A stretch of DNA of 63,113 bases, counting the filler, from Choristocarpus tenellus KU-1152 (taxonomy: Eukaryota > Protista > Phaeophyceae), in NCBI GenBank assembly GCA_964200185.2. It is 10 parts of 10 records of this genome, joined end to end, with 100 filler letters (N's around TTAATTAATTAA, not from the genome) between each part and the next. Parts side by side here need not be neighbours in the genome. Positions count along the whole stretch, not along the records: positions 8,322 to 15,338 come from CAXNAD020006852.1; positions 15,439 to 18,284 come from CAXNAD020024239.1; positions 18,385 to 24,670 come from CAXNAD020008476.1; positions 24,771 to 27,921 come from CAXNAD020021943.1; 6 more parts are not named here. The stretch is one strand, 5' to 3'. Each line of letters starts with the position of its first letter. Position 1 is the first letter of the stretch. Position numbers and translations under genes: made by a program. This document shows positions 13,683 through 28,000 of this stretch, piece after piece. The notes under the pieces are model-generated. The model was not told where the DNA came from. It saw only the letters and a list, made by a program, of their open reading frames with translations, and did no database searches.

Positions 13683-14325
13683 AACCCCCGAGAAACAAAA
13701 CCCCACTGAAAATCGACCTCGCCAAGTCTACGCTAGTAGGACCACGTTGAATCTATCTGGCGCCTAGGTACGTGCGTACATACTTGAGAGTATTTGCAGC
13801 ACTCCCTGCTCGTGGCACTCCCATCATAGGAGGATTCGGTTTGTGCACTATGCTCTTCCCCAAGTACGGTACAGTGCGATCGGTACATGTTTTGCTGGGG
13901 TGTTGTGCGCGACGCTCACACCGGTGTTACACTAGTGTTTTTTTTTCTTTTATTTATCTAGCTGACGATTTGTTCTGATATTAACCTGAAGCACTGCGCT
14001 TGGTTTGTGAACTCGCCCGCGCACGCGCGTTCCGTGCGCATAAAATAGAGCCAGTCAGGATGCATTCGTGCGTGTGCATATGCACGCATTTCCCTCTATT
14101 TCGTTGGTCCAAGAGACATCCAACAAATGGCGAGCAACTGTTCTCATGTCCCTTTCACTCACTGCGTGATGCCATTTTTGAACCTCCAGTATTGTTGGCA
14201 GCCTTAACCCTAGATCTAGTTCCTACGGATGAACCAAACATAGTGTACATTGATCTCTCTCTCTCTTGCTTTTTGGGTGTTCTTGGGCCTCTGTTTCGGG
14301 CATTGTGTATGGGGGGGGGGTGCAG

Positions 14326-15151
14326 GTGTCTTGCTGCACACGATCACAAGGATATGCCGTATGTATTCAACGAGCCAGGTCTTCAGGAGGAGGTGGCCCC
14401 GTACACATGGGAGGACTTCCTCTCAGAAATGAGTCACCCAGAGGTATTTGTATGTTGATACTTTTTGTATGACGAATATTGACATCACACTGTTCTATTT
14501 TCAACTTTTTGGGGGGGTCTTAAAACGGCTATTCTAGTCAACAGCAGTACTTAAAACTTTGTAAACATTTTTGTTCCGAGTTGAATACGTGTCCTAAAAG
14601 CCAGTGAAAATAAAAAGTAACACATTACTTTTTTATGTGTTGGTATTTTGTTTTGTACTGACATGGTTGCTGTCAGGGAGTTGATACTACTGTGCTCAGG
14701 CAGCAGACGCCCTTGCTTGGGATGTGCTGTCTGATACTTTCAACCAATTTGGTTGGGGTTTTTGCTTTTTGTATCCCCATGAACTAGACAAAACTCAGAA
14801 AAGAAAAACGTAAACAATTAAATATGAAAAATATTGGAAAAAGAGAGAAAGGGATATATATATATATATGTATGTATGTATGCTACAATTTTCTTCCTAC
14901 ATTTCTCCAATAATTTCATTTTTTACATACATTTTTGTTTTGTGGATCTGTAGATACTTTTTGGGGTTTTTTTGTTCTTTTCCCTTCTTATTTTTTCGTA
15001 TCCACGGATGGTACCAGAAAGGGGCACACCATGAGGGACCGCTAGAACTGCCAGAACTACCACCGTTGCCGGTACCTCTCGAGGACCAGGTCCTCCTCAT
15101 TGCCCACTCCGCAGCTGGCTGGATGAGCAGAATATACCTCAGCAAGGCCAT
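14326..15151 (+). CDS. PGAP1-like / lipase-fold alpha/beta hydrolase (2 exons; partial)
   Basis: Exon 15018-15151 contains VLLIAHSAAGWMSRIYL, a nucleophile-elbow motif resembling LIGHSAGGWLARVYL. Putative exon 14326-14443 (CLAAHDH...SEMSHPE) joins in phase 0 with GT/AG sites. Confidence 0.65.
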
Positions 15152-15966
15152 GTGAGTTGCGCTCAGTCTGTATTTTAACTAGAGCATGAGGTACTAGCAT
15201 GAGGTAAGGACGTTGAAGCGTACCAACATGGTCAACCAATGGATGGCGTGCCACTGCTGTTGTAGTGTTGCAGGAGAGTTTGGGGTGGGGGTGGCGGGGG
15301 GGGGGGGGGGGGCGCGGACAAACGTACCGACCCCGTGGNNNNNNNNNNNNNNNNNNNNNNNNNNNNNNNNNNNNNNNNNNNNTTAATTAATTAANNNNNN
15401 NNNNNNNNNNNNNNNNNNNNNNNNNNNNNNNNNNNNNNCCCCCGCACCCACCCCCCCCAAATACAGCTTATCTCAAACGACAGCCAAAAAACGAAAAGTT
15501 ACTACATTTAAAAAATATATATTTTCCATACCGAACCAATCTCCTGTACCTGACAGTACACTACCCTAACGTGTTACCAACACAACTGCTAACAGGTGCA
15601 CACCCTCAAGTATAGCACCTTTACAATCATCACTACTTCTCATCAGCTGTACTACTCTAGCAGATATCACTACTACCATTCAATGTAGTATCTGGAGTAC
15701 CGAGTCACTGGATAGATGTATAAATAGATACATACTAAGCAATTAGTGCAGCACAATGAACAAAATCACTGTGGGTATATGTGTATATAAATCCATCAGA
15801 ATCGGCTCCAGTTCCGATTCATCAGACCCTCCAACAACGCTCTATTCTCAACACTCCAACCTTCAAAAAATACCCCTAACACAATCATACCTAACATAAC
15901 AACTACGAACACATACCACCTGATCTGTGTATAGGGCTAGGGTTCAAAAGCACACACTTACACTTA

Positions 15967-18095
<2,129 letters not shown>

Positions 18096-18249
18096 TTATT
18101 ATTCTAATAGGCCAAGACAAAAAAACAAAAAAACAAAGTTGTCACCATCAAAAATGCCCTCGTTTCTGGTTTGAGTGACCATCCATGGTCCAGACTCTCC
18201 TGACGTACGTATGGCTTCCTCATTAACCACCCTGTCTGGACGTGCTCCA

Positions 18250-18284
<35 letters not shown>

Positions 18285-18960
18285 NNNNNNNNNNNNNNNN
18301 NNNNNNNNNNNNNNNNNNNNNNNNNNNNTTAATTAATTAANNNNNNNNNNNNNNNNNNNNNNNNNNNNNNNNNNNNNNNNNNNNGGGCATATGGGCTTAA
18401 TTTGTTTTTTGTTCCTCGTTGGGAAAAGGGGGGGGGGTCCTGAGCGCAATGGCTTTTGCACATGGGTGGGTCATCCTAACTCGCACAGTCGGTTACATCG
18501 GTTACATCAGTTACATCTCTCAAACATTTACACCTGATGCAATGTGCATGCATAACGTACTGCAAGTTGTGTGTGCTTTATGGACTGCAATGCTTGGAGT
18601 TTGATGTGATTATCTGGTTGTAAGTATACACACACACGTATCACATAAAAGAGACATCTTTTAATTCTTCGAAGTGTCGAGCTAGTAATTAATGAATAAA
18701 AGCACACGGCATACCCCTGTGCATGTGACAAACGTTCAGGTAAACACAACCAAACGCGAAAATGTTACTTCAAGAATAACAAAGCACATAAGCTCGACAG
18801 AGTCGAGGTCAAAAAGTCAGTAGGGGCATGCACAGAGTAAGAAAATGTCTTGAGTGTGAACGTCGCTTACAGTAAAATCTTCACGCGATTCGAAAAACGG
18901 AAATATGTTTCATGTTGGATGCTTCAAGTACGTGTCGAGTACTGGAAGTCAAGGTTTGTG

Positions 18961-18999
<39 letters not shown>

Positions 19000-19302
19000 A
19001 TGGCAAGTTTTGATTGTGTCTTATTTTTGTCTTTCTGCCTGTCTTCTCTCCCTGCCGCGTATACACATGTGTATACTCTCGTGTGCGTTTGTAAAATACA
19101 CCTAATATGTGTTTGTGTGAGTATGACTTTGGTACACTTCTTTGAGGGAATAGTTCTGTCTATCCCCCATTCGTCCCGTGTAGAAATGACTACATGTGTG
19201 TGTACAACTAATGTGTGTGTGATGCTTGCACACGTCATTGCCCCCTGCACGTGGAGGCGTTTATGTTGTGATTTAATTGTGGCGCTGGTTTGTATTCCTC
19301 AG

Positions 19303-21186
19303 GTGCTGCTATCTCTGTGGGATGGGGTCGTAATGGGTGGGGGGGTGGGCATTTCCATCCACGGAGCCTTCAGAATTGCCACCGAGAAGAGCCTGTTTGC
19401 CATGCCAGAGACGGGTAAGTTTGTTCACGTCTTGCCATTAAGAGGTCTAGGACCTGTACTTAGAAACGCTGTAACAGAAAGATGAGAGTTCGTTGTACGA
19501 CGATATGGGAGATTTTTTTTTGTGTGTCGGCAGTTGCGAGACGATTCCGTGGTGTTTTTTTTAAAGACAATCGACTTTTTACGAGTGCTGAGACAATTTT
19601 TGATAATTTTGCAAAGACTGGCCGGCACTTACTCCCGGAGTAAGGGACAACCAACCGTTACAGCCACATTTTGACAGTTACAGAGTACTTTATCGGGATC
19701 ACTCAGCCACATTTTGACAGTTACAGAGTACTTTATCAGGATCACTCAGCCACATTTTGACAGTTGCAGAGTACTTTATCGGGATCACTCGAGGAGTCCC
19801 CAACACACATCGGAGGCAGGATCTAAGTCTTCGTACTTCAAAGTGCGACCATTTGTTCGTTGCTACAAAGTGCGAGCTAGCTAGCTGGTCAGTGCTTGTC
19901 GTATTACATGTCGTTTCCTTGACGCTTCCGTGGGATATCAATGTTGATGCTGTAACTTTATAGTGCGTTTCCCATCTTACAGAGGAGGTGCGCGCTGAGC
20001 ATTGGTGTTAGTTACCCCACATTTGTACGCTTCAAGTATTTCGATGTGTTTTCCGTTGTACACAATATAGCCAGTGCTGGTTTTTGAACCACCACTGTTA
20101 GGTAGTTGCTAAGTTCTGCTCAGCCCTTGGAATGTTTTTCGTGGATTCCATCGGCCGCTGCAATGGGTTGTAACAAAATCATCACAGTGATGGTAGTTCC
20201 GGCGGGTTCGCCTGTAGTAACTGTAGTCATTTGACTCGCTGTTGGTCCTTATGATGCTCTCCCTGTGTAAAGCACGTTAAGGTATGTAGCAGTGTTGCAC
20301 AATTGGGTCTTGATACTGGTTGGGCGTGTTTTACTCCCTCTTGGACGCTACAGTGTTTGGCAGTTACACGAGCATTTCTTGGTAGCCATTGTGACAGTCT
20401 CGCTCTCTCTATTGGTTGTTGCAATATTTGGCAGTTACGCAATCACACCTTGGTAGTTCTTGTGACGGTTTCACTCTCTGTTGGTTTGTGTGATGCATGG
20501 CAGTTACGCGATCGCATCCGGGGGTTAGTAATTGTGGGGGTTTCACTCTCTGTTGGTGGGATACATTGTTTCACAATCGGCCAGTGACATCTCAACGGTT
20601 GCCGTTGGCTGTATTGCTCTCTGTTGATTTATACAACACTTGGCAGTTATGCAGTCACCTCTTTGACAGTGCTCTGTACTGGATAATGCTATAGCTGGCA
20701 GTTACACATTCGCATCTTTGATGGTTGTTTTGGCAGTTTTGTTTTGTATATAATATATAATATATATATATAATGTATGTACAGGTCACCCTTTTATTTT
20801 TTTCCGACCATCACGTTTTGCATAGGGGGCTGCACGAGTGTCTCCTCTCCCTTCTTTTCCTGGCCTCTCTACCTTGGTCTACTCTTCATCAATTTCACAA
20901 GTCACAGTCTACGGAATGTACCTCTGGACAGACCGAGATTTGAACACCCTGTTGTTGAGAGGCATTCTCATCCATTTGAGATCCCATGCCTTTGAGACCT
21001 CGTGTCTATGAGACCCTATGCATTTGAGACCCCATGCCTTCGAGAACTCATCAGTTAAGAAGATATCCCACAGATGGTTACGGAATGGTTACGGGATGTT
21101 ACGGGATAGAATTGAACAGTTACATAGAGGTTGAGGACCGTCTTAAATGATCTCCTTCAAGGCAGCAGCAGCTGCAGCAACAACCA

Positions 21187-21229
<43 letters not shown>

Positions 21230-21721
21230 CAACCTCTGTGATGACACGAGGTGTACCTCGAAGCATCATTGAAGTTGTGTTCGTTTCCTTTGAACCGGAA
21301 AAAAAAAGAGATAAGTCGCGACTCTGCCCTTTGGAATGCACCACCAACGTGACACGAGCAGTTTTGTTACCCGAATTAACGCCATCTAAACTGATCCTCA
21401 CGACAGGTACAAGACCACAACACCAGTGATGTCTTTCCATCAACTCATATCACACCAGGCTTGCAAGTACTATCACCCCCTACATGTTGCACTTTGGGAG
21501 CAATACTCTCTATTTCTGAGACCCCCCACCCCTCACCCCCCCCCAAAAAACGCCTCCATAATACCCCCAGCCATAGGAATATTCCCGGATGTGGGAACTG
21601 CTTTTGTCCTCTCAAGGCTCCCTGGCGGGCTGGGGCAGTTCTTGGGGCTAACTGGAGTGAGACTTAAGGCCCCTGACCTTGTACACTGTGGGTTGGCTAC
21701 ACACTTTGTGCCAGCAGATAG
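19303..21721 (+). CDS. HIBCH: 3-hydroxyisobutyryl-CoA hydrolase (crotonase family), 2 exons; partial
   Basis: Exon 19303-19414 ([32 protein letters not shown]) and exon 21571-21721 (AIGIFPDVG...LGLTGVRL...GLATHFV) are phase-1 compatible. Confidence 0.92.
19661..19789. repeat. Tandem repeat, 43 bp x 3
   Basis: cagccacattttgacagttacagagtactttatcgggatcact at 19661, 19704 and 19747. Confidence 0.9.
20355..20740. repeat. Degenerate ~65-70 bp tandem repeat (about 5-6 units)
   Basis: Recurring tggcagttac...ctctctgttgg modules. Confidence 0.6.
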
Positions 21722-21842
21722 GTGAAGGAGGGGGGAAGCAAGGCATAAAATAAGGCTCCGGTTTTAGGCTGAGACACATATATTAACGTTTTATCAGAGA
21801 TTGCCGATGATTGGTAGATGCGGGGGGGGGGTCGCTGGTTGA

Positions 21843-22740
21843 TGTGACGGTATGAGGTATGGCATTGATGATGTAGAGTACACCTTTGTTCATCATAATG
21901 CAGCTATGGCATTGGCGGTATTTGGTACACCTGTGTTAAACCTAATGCAGGTATGACAATAACATTATAGGGTACACCTGTGTTTATTGTAATGTAGCTA
22001 TGGCATTGATGATGAGCCAAAGTATTTTAGAGGGTAGGGCCGCGTCCACTTGGGGGCCAAAATCCAGTGTTGCGATTTTGATGTAATTTTGGCTATCGCA
22101 TTTGTTAGGAAGTGTCAATATCCTTGTTCCAGACACACCTCTTCATAACGTATATATTTTACCTACTCCGAAACATTTTGGAGTAGGAAAATGTAATGAA
22201 AAACCAATGGGAAGCCAAGCCCCAAATGGACAAACAGGGCAAAGCTCGTACCCTCTAAGATACTTTCAATCTGATGTCGGGTCCACCTGTGTTAAACCTT
22301 ATGCAGGTGTGGCAATGACGTTATAGGGTACACCTGTGTTTTATGTAATGTAGCTATGGCATTGATGGTATGGGGTACACCTGTGTTAAAACTAATGTAG
22401 GTATGACAATGATGTTATAGGGTACACCTGTGTTTATTGTTATATAGCTATGGCATTGACTATGTAGGGTACACCTGTGTTAAACCTTATGTAGGTGTGG
22501 CAATGATGTTATAGGGTACACCTGTGTGGACCTGTGTTAAACCTAATGTAGCTATGACAATGATGTTATAGGGTACACATGTGTTTATCATCATGTAGCT
22601 ATGGCATTGACAGTAAAGGGTGCACCTGTGTTCAACCTAATGTAGGTATGGCATTGACGGTAAAGGGTAAACCTGTGTTTTACATAATGTAGGTATGGCA
22701 TTGACAGTAGAGGGTACACCTGTGTTTTATGTAATGTAGT
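21843..22740. repeat. 47-bp minisatellite (about 13 units, A/B alternation) interrupted by a MITE
   Basis: ggtacacctgtgtt recurs every 47 bp (e.g. 22329, 22376, 22423). Confidence 0.9.
22014..22271 (+). mobile_element. 258-bp MITE (GAG...CTC family), copy 1
   Basis: TIRs GAGCCAAAGTATTTTAGAGGGTA ... TACCCTCTAAGATACTTTCAATC; perfect 4-bp TSD TGAT at 22010-22013 and 22272-22275. Confidence 0.9.
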
Positions 22741-23454
22741 TGATTTCTTTCACTGTCACACTCCTGGACCATCCACCTGATTCCCTTACGCTTTTGACCC
22801 CATGGAAAACTGAAGGGTTAGGGTTAGGGTTTGTAGTGAGTAAAAGTTATGAACGTGTGTGTGAAGGTGTGTGTGTATGTTTTTTTATTTCAAGGCTATA
22901 GTACCCGTACACTACAGCAGTGTATACTGGATTGATTTTTATTTGTTAACGGTTCTCTGGTAGAGTAAAAAAGGAAAAGAAAAAAAAAATGAGTTTTTTT
23001 TTTTCTCACTATCTGAGCTTTGTTCTTGTTTGACTTTTTTGGACGTGTGAGTGGTTGAATTGTTTTCACTACAAGAGTCATCATTTCTTCGGGTATTTTT
23101 TTTTAAATTTTGGACCGCTTGTACAGCTTCTTTATTTTCTTTGGGGGGGGTTGTTTTTGCTCTTCGGTGATAAAAATAAAAAAATAATTTTAATCTGTGT
23201 TACTTGGCCTCAGAGTCTGCTCATGGTCTGCTTGCTACCTTATCTCCTGCCAAAAATAGGGCTTAGCCCCAAGGTAGGGGGGAGGACAGGGGTCATCGTG
23301 TATACCCTGATAACAAACGCATGTGTAGACAAGCGTAGAATTTTTTGTGCTTGTGCTGGTACGGGGAGGGGGGGGGGCTGGTGCATGTAATGTTGATTAC
23401 AATGGTTCACTTTTATTTGTGCCTGTGTGCATGTTTATACTAGTACTTGGTTTA

Positions 23455-23485
<31 letters not shown>

Positions 23486-23590
23486 TTGTGTGTGTATGTG
23501 TATGTGTATGTGTGGGTGTGCCTGTATGGATAATGTGTGAATGCTTGTGATTGTGATTGTGTCGGGCTTTGTTGTGTGTATCCAATCTCA

Positions 23591-23680
23591 ATAGCCAAAA
23601 TTACGTCAGAATCGCAGCATTGGATTTTGGCCCCCCAAATGTACACGGCTCTACCCTCTCTCTACAAGATACTTTGACTC
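23591..23680 (-). mobile_element. Truncated copy of the 258-bp MITE
   Basis: atagccaaaattacgtcagaatcgca...aagatactttgactc matches one end of the family. Confidence 0.8.
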
Positions 23681-23894
23681 AGAGATACAAAGCGCTCCTC
23701 TCATGTCAAACTTTGAATCTTATTCGCGGAAGCATGGGTGGTGATTTCCAATAGGTTAAAAAAAAACTGGCTTTAAAAAGGTGCAATAGCGGTCGAAAAC
23801 CCGGGTATGTCTCGCTTAAACTGTCACTCAACGCACATAAGCACTCCTAAGTGTGCTTTGTCAATAGAGTATGTGTTACTTCGGCATGTAAAGA

Positions 23895-23923
23895 GGTTAG
23901 GGTTAGGGTTAGGGTTAGGGTTA
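23895..23923 (+). repeat. Interstitial (TTAGGG)4+ repeat
   Basis: ggttagggttagggttagggttagggtta read directly. Confidence 0.9.
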
Positions 23924-24770
23924 CTCCAACTAGACTTTTTTTTCATACCCGACTTGTTGGTGGTGCAGGTGGCGGTGTGTGGTGCAAGTATCTAATTTTC
24001 TCGTCTGTGCTTCTTTTTTTTTTAACAGTGTTAGGGACTCATTGTTGACATGTTTTCGCCTCAGGGTTTGTATCTGCATATATTGAGTATTTGAGGTTTT
24101 CATGTATATGTGGAGGCAATTGAATTGCTTGTTTAAGTATTGTTATAAGGTACTTCCCGAAGTAGCCATTTGTTGGGAGGGGGGGAAGGGAGATATTTCT
24201 GTGTGTGTATGTGTTTTCTTTACCTTTGTGTGCATTAATATATATATACACTACATGTATGTGTGATTAAGAGGGCTGTGTACTTATGCCCTATTGTACT
24301 CAACCTTTTGTGTTTGGCGTAAGAAAATACTCCTTCATTTTTAAGCAGTATATTCTACCCTTTTTGATTGGCTGAAATGGAATTTGTGAACGTCCTGATT
24401 GGCTTACATAAGTAGCACCTTGTGAAGAGTTTTAAGGTATTGATTGATTTACTCTTCTGTCATGAGTTTCACGCGGCAGCCAATACGTTCACCATCCTCT
24501 TGGTTGGAAACAACCAAGCGGACTAACAAATATGTGTGTGTGTGTGTGTGTGTATATATGTATCCATTCCTGGGCTTTTGTCATTGGTCGAATGTGTTAC
24601 CTTTGGACTTCCCTACAAATCATCCCCCGACCCCACCGCCCCCGCTCCCTCTGCACCCGCTTACGCCCCCNNNNNNNNNNNNNNNNNNNNNNNNNNNNNN
24701 NNNNNNNNNNNNNNTTAATTAATTAANNNNNNNNNNNNNNNNNNNNNNNNNNNNNNNNNNNNNNNNNNNN

Positions 24771-25022
24771 TTCACGGAACTTCTTGATCGTCTCGGGGTC
24801 GTTCTTGACCGAGAATCCAAGGGGATCCCACACAGCCCCGTCCGAGAAGGGGGCACCGGGAAGGGTTGCAACGTAGTCAGATCCTGCACTCATCTTGGGC
24901 CCAGAAGGCGCAGCAGTCTCGGGCCTGACAGCCAGGGATCCACCAAGGGGCTGCACAAAGGCAGAGGTCGCAGACACAGTTGCAGCGGTGGCACCAAGGA
25001 ACATCTGGTTGGAGGTCTTCAT
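24771..25022 (-). CDS. Light-harvesting (fucoxanthin-chlorophyll a/c binding, LHC) protein, 5' part
   Basis: Signal peptide ending ATSA-FVQP (ASAFAP-type motif), a transit peptide, then LPGAPF...WDPLGF...KKFRE leading into helix 1. Truncated by the contig end. Confidence 0.9.
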
Positions 25023-28000
25023 CTCGATTTCTGCTGGTGTTACGAGGCAAGGGCAGAAGGGGGAAGAAGGCTATTAAGGAATGGAATGAGGGATGCTGGG
25101 AAGGGGGGAAGGGATGAAAGTCAAGGGACAGTTTTGTGACTCAGTACATCACTTCGTTGGATAAACCATTTTGGTTTCCATTTTCGTACCCCTTACTCAT
25201 TTTCATCTCCACAAATGATTTTGGAATCTCCAAATGTCCCGCCCATCGGATCGTCTGGTGCGATATCCCTATCTTAGAATTGCAAAAAATGGATATTTCT
25301 TGTCTACCCGATACAAGACCTTCTCTTCCTTTCCCTGCTAGCTCTGAGCAGAAGGCAGCAATACACTCTCCTTTTCCCTTGCGTTGTGACTAGATTAGGA
25401 CCGTGTCGCCTTCTGGTGTGTGTACAATAAGCGTCATACCCGAGGAGATGACACATATTGTACGGAAATATTAATATGGCAATTTTGACGCACATGAGGC
25501 GATTGCAACTCACCGATAACGCATTGAAGGAAGACATCTGTATGAGATATCGCCTATCCGATATCAACCGAGAGAATCTTTGTTGAAACTTAAACCAAAA
25601 ATTCTCCATCAGTGAAGAAGTAATCAATACAATAGCAGCATCAACCAGTCAGTAGTCACAATAGTAGTAGAGGCACACACCACTACTACAACTTATATAC
25701 CGCAAATATATCACACAAGGGATAATTTAAGAAGTAATCTGAGTTTTGTACGGGTGAGAGATCGCAGGGGTAGTGGGGTAAACCGGATGGCACAGTGGCA
25801 AGGGAAAACGAAAAGGTAGGGGGTGTACACGAAAGGGTTCATCAGTGAATGACCTCAAATCAGACTGGGTATCCGAGAAGTTCATGGGGAATGTGGAGAT
25901 AGAGGGAATACGACTGGGAACAAGTGGACAGAAGATATCGTCAAAGTGGAAAGTAGGGGTAGAAAGACAAGGGAGACCAGGATCAAGGCAACTTCTGAGC
26001 AATCATTCTCACGGGGTTGAAGAGGAGTGTCTGGCAGTAAAGGGGGAGATGCATGCTAAGCAGCCAAAATTGATATGATGGGAAAGGTCCTATGTATTGG
26101 GGGGATATCGACGTAGTGGGGTATATATATAGTGTAGGGTAAAACCGCCTGCTTACTGAGGGAACTGGACACGTGGGATGAAAGAGATAGATTCGGACAT
26201 CCTGTGGGATGGTACAGGGATAGGTAGATTAGAGGCACAGGAAGCCAGTGGTACAACATAGATAATAGTGAAATAATATATTAGGGTTATTCACAGTTGT
26301 GACTTATTTTATTTCTTTAGGGCGTACACTGACATGTGAATAGTTTTCATTGGTTTCCCCCCTGACACATCTGGAAAATGTCAGAGGGCATAAAAATGAT
26401 TTATAGTTGTGAACCAAGAACCGACCAGTCAGTGACAGACATGTTGTTAACGGGTATCGTCTATGAAGGTGGAGATGGACGATGAGACTTTCCCCTTAAC
26501 TGCAATCTGATAAGAAAGCCTCCACTATTATTACGGCTCCATTACTATGTCAAAACAAGACATGGCAACGACTGATTACAATATGACGCCCTTATGTGCT
26601 TTACAACCCAATGTTTATAGCTAGTTTCCTGGCTAGTAGAATTCCATAGGTCAAGGATCAATCACCTGTCCAAATACGGCGTCAATTCAAAAAACGTTTA
26701 CATCTCTACTACTGCTACGACCATGTACTACCACTGTATGTAGAGATAGACCTCTCCTTGCCATCCAAGTATATCGATTTCTTGAAAATCAGTAACTTTT
26801 GTATACATATATCTCGTATGGAGAGACGTATTTCTTACTGTCACGACATTTTCCATCCTTCTTATTGGGCTGTGTTGTTGTGCCCTTCTCCTCGAATCCA
26901 TACAGTGTGCTGGACAAGGAGGGCATGAAGAATAACTCAGGGATTATTAATGTAGAGATTCTCAATTACACTACCCAACAACTGAAGTGAAAATACTCTG
27001 ATAATACGACCATTATGGTAACATTCACTTGACGAGACATACAATAGACTGACTCAAAGTAAGCGAAACGTACCGAGAGTTCCATTTTAAGGATGTCAGG
27101 GAATATGTTCAAAATTTGACTTTTGTTTCATAAATATGTATAGGATTTTCCCCAAATCGTGTCGAAATGTTCCAAACAACGGAGAAATAAACCCTCTCAA
27201 ATCAAATTTAGAACTTCATCCATAGAAAGATTGGATGGATTGCGATAGATCGAAAAACTGACTTGTAATGCAAAACGGGGAAAATCTGGGTACCTCTTGT
27301 ACTTCGACTCACTGGAGGCCTAGAGTTTTAATGTTTTTCCCCATAGTTCCTGAAACAGTTCTAGGTTTCTTTCTCTTATTATAAAGAAAAGAGAAACGAC
27401 TTGGTCGTGTTAAAATAGTACATCAGCAATCATTGGCGATATTCGACGAAGAGTGATGATTGCATTATCCCGAGTAGTCTGAGAGTGGTGAGTGTCGAGC
27501 AAGACCGCATCCACCCCCCGTCTCACATATCGACACAATCGAGGCTAGCGTCATGATTTGGTTGATTCATGGGCGCACGAACTTGTGCTGTGTAGCTCTA
27601 CTATGCTGTAGTAGTTCAGTTTTGTGCTGTATTGATTTGGTCGGTCACCTGACAGGTGCCCTGGCTTCCTGGTGTTATGTATTGATGCACATGACCTCTT
27701 CTTGAGTCCCACCTGTACGTTTCCACCCAGATAGCGCCTTTGTTCTGTGTGTGAGTCTGGCTCATTGGTCTGTTCCCTCACCTCATGCCGTGCCAAGCCA
27801 AGCCATGCTGATTTTCCTGCTTCTCACCCTACCCAAACCCTAACCCTGGTCCTAACAGTCCCCCCACCCATACCCTCCCACCCATACCCTCCCACCCATA
27901 CCCCCCCACCCCTCAGTATTGNNNNNNNNNNNNNNNNNNNNNNNNNNNNNNNNNNNNNNNNNNNNTTAATTAATTAANNNNNNNNNNNNNNNNNNNNNNN

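Noticed and set aside
18251-18284. Poly-C/poly-G runs at many contig ends as G-quadruplex elements
   Set aside because: Best explained by short-read assembly breaking at homopolymers; the lengths are unreliable.
18850-19485. Longest ORF in the track (211 aa)
   Set aside because: Mostly intron read-through containing (TA)n; only 19303-19414 is a real HIBCH exon.
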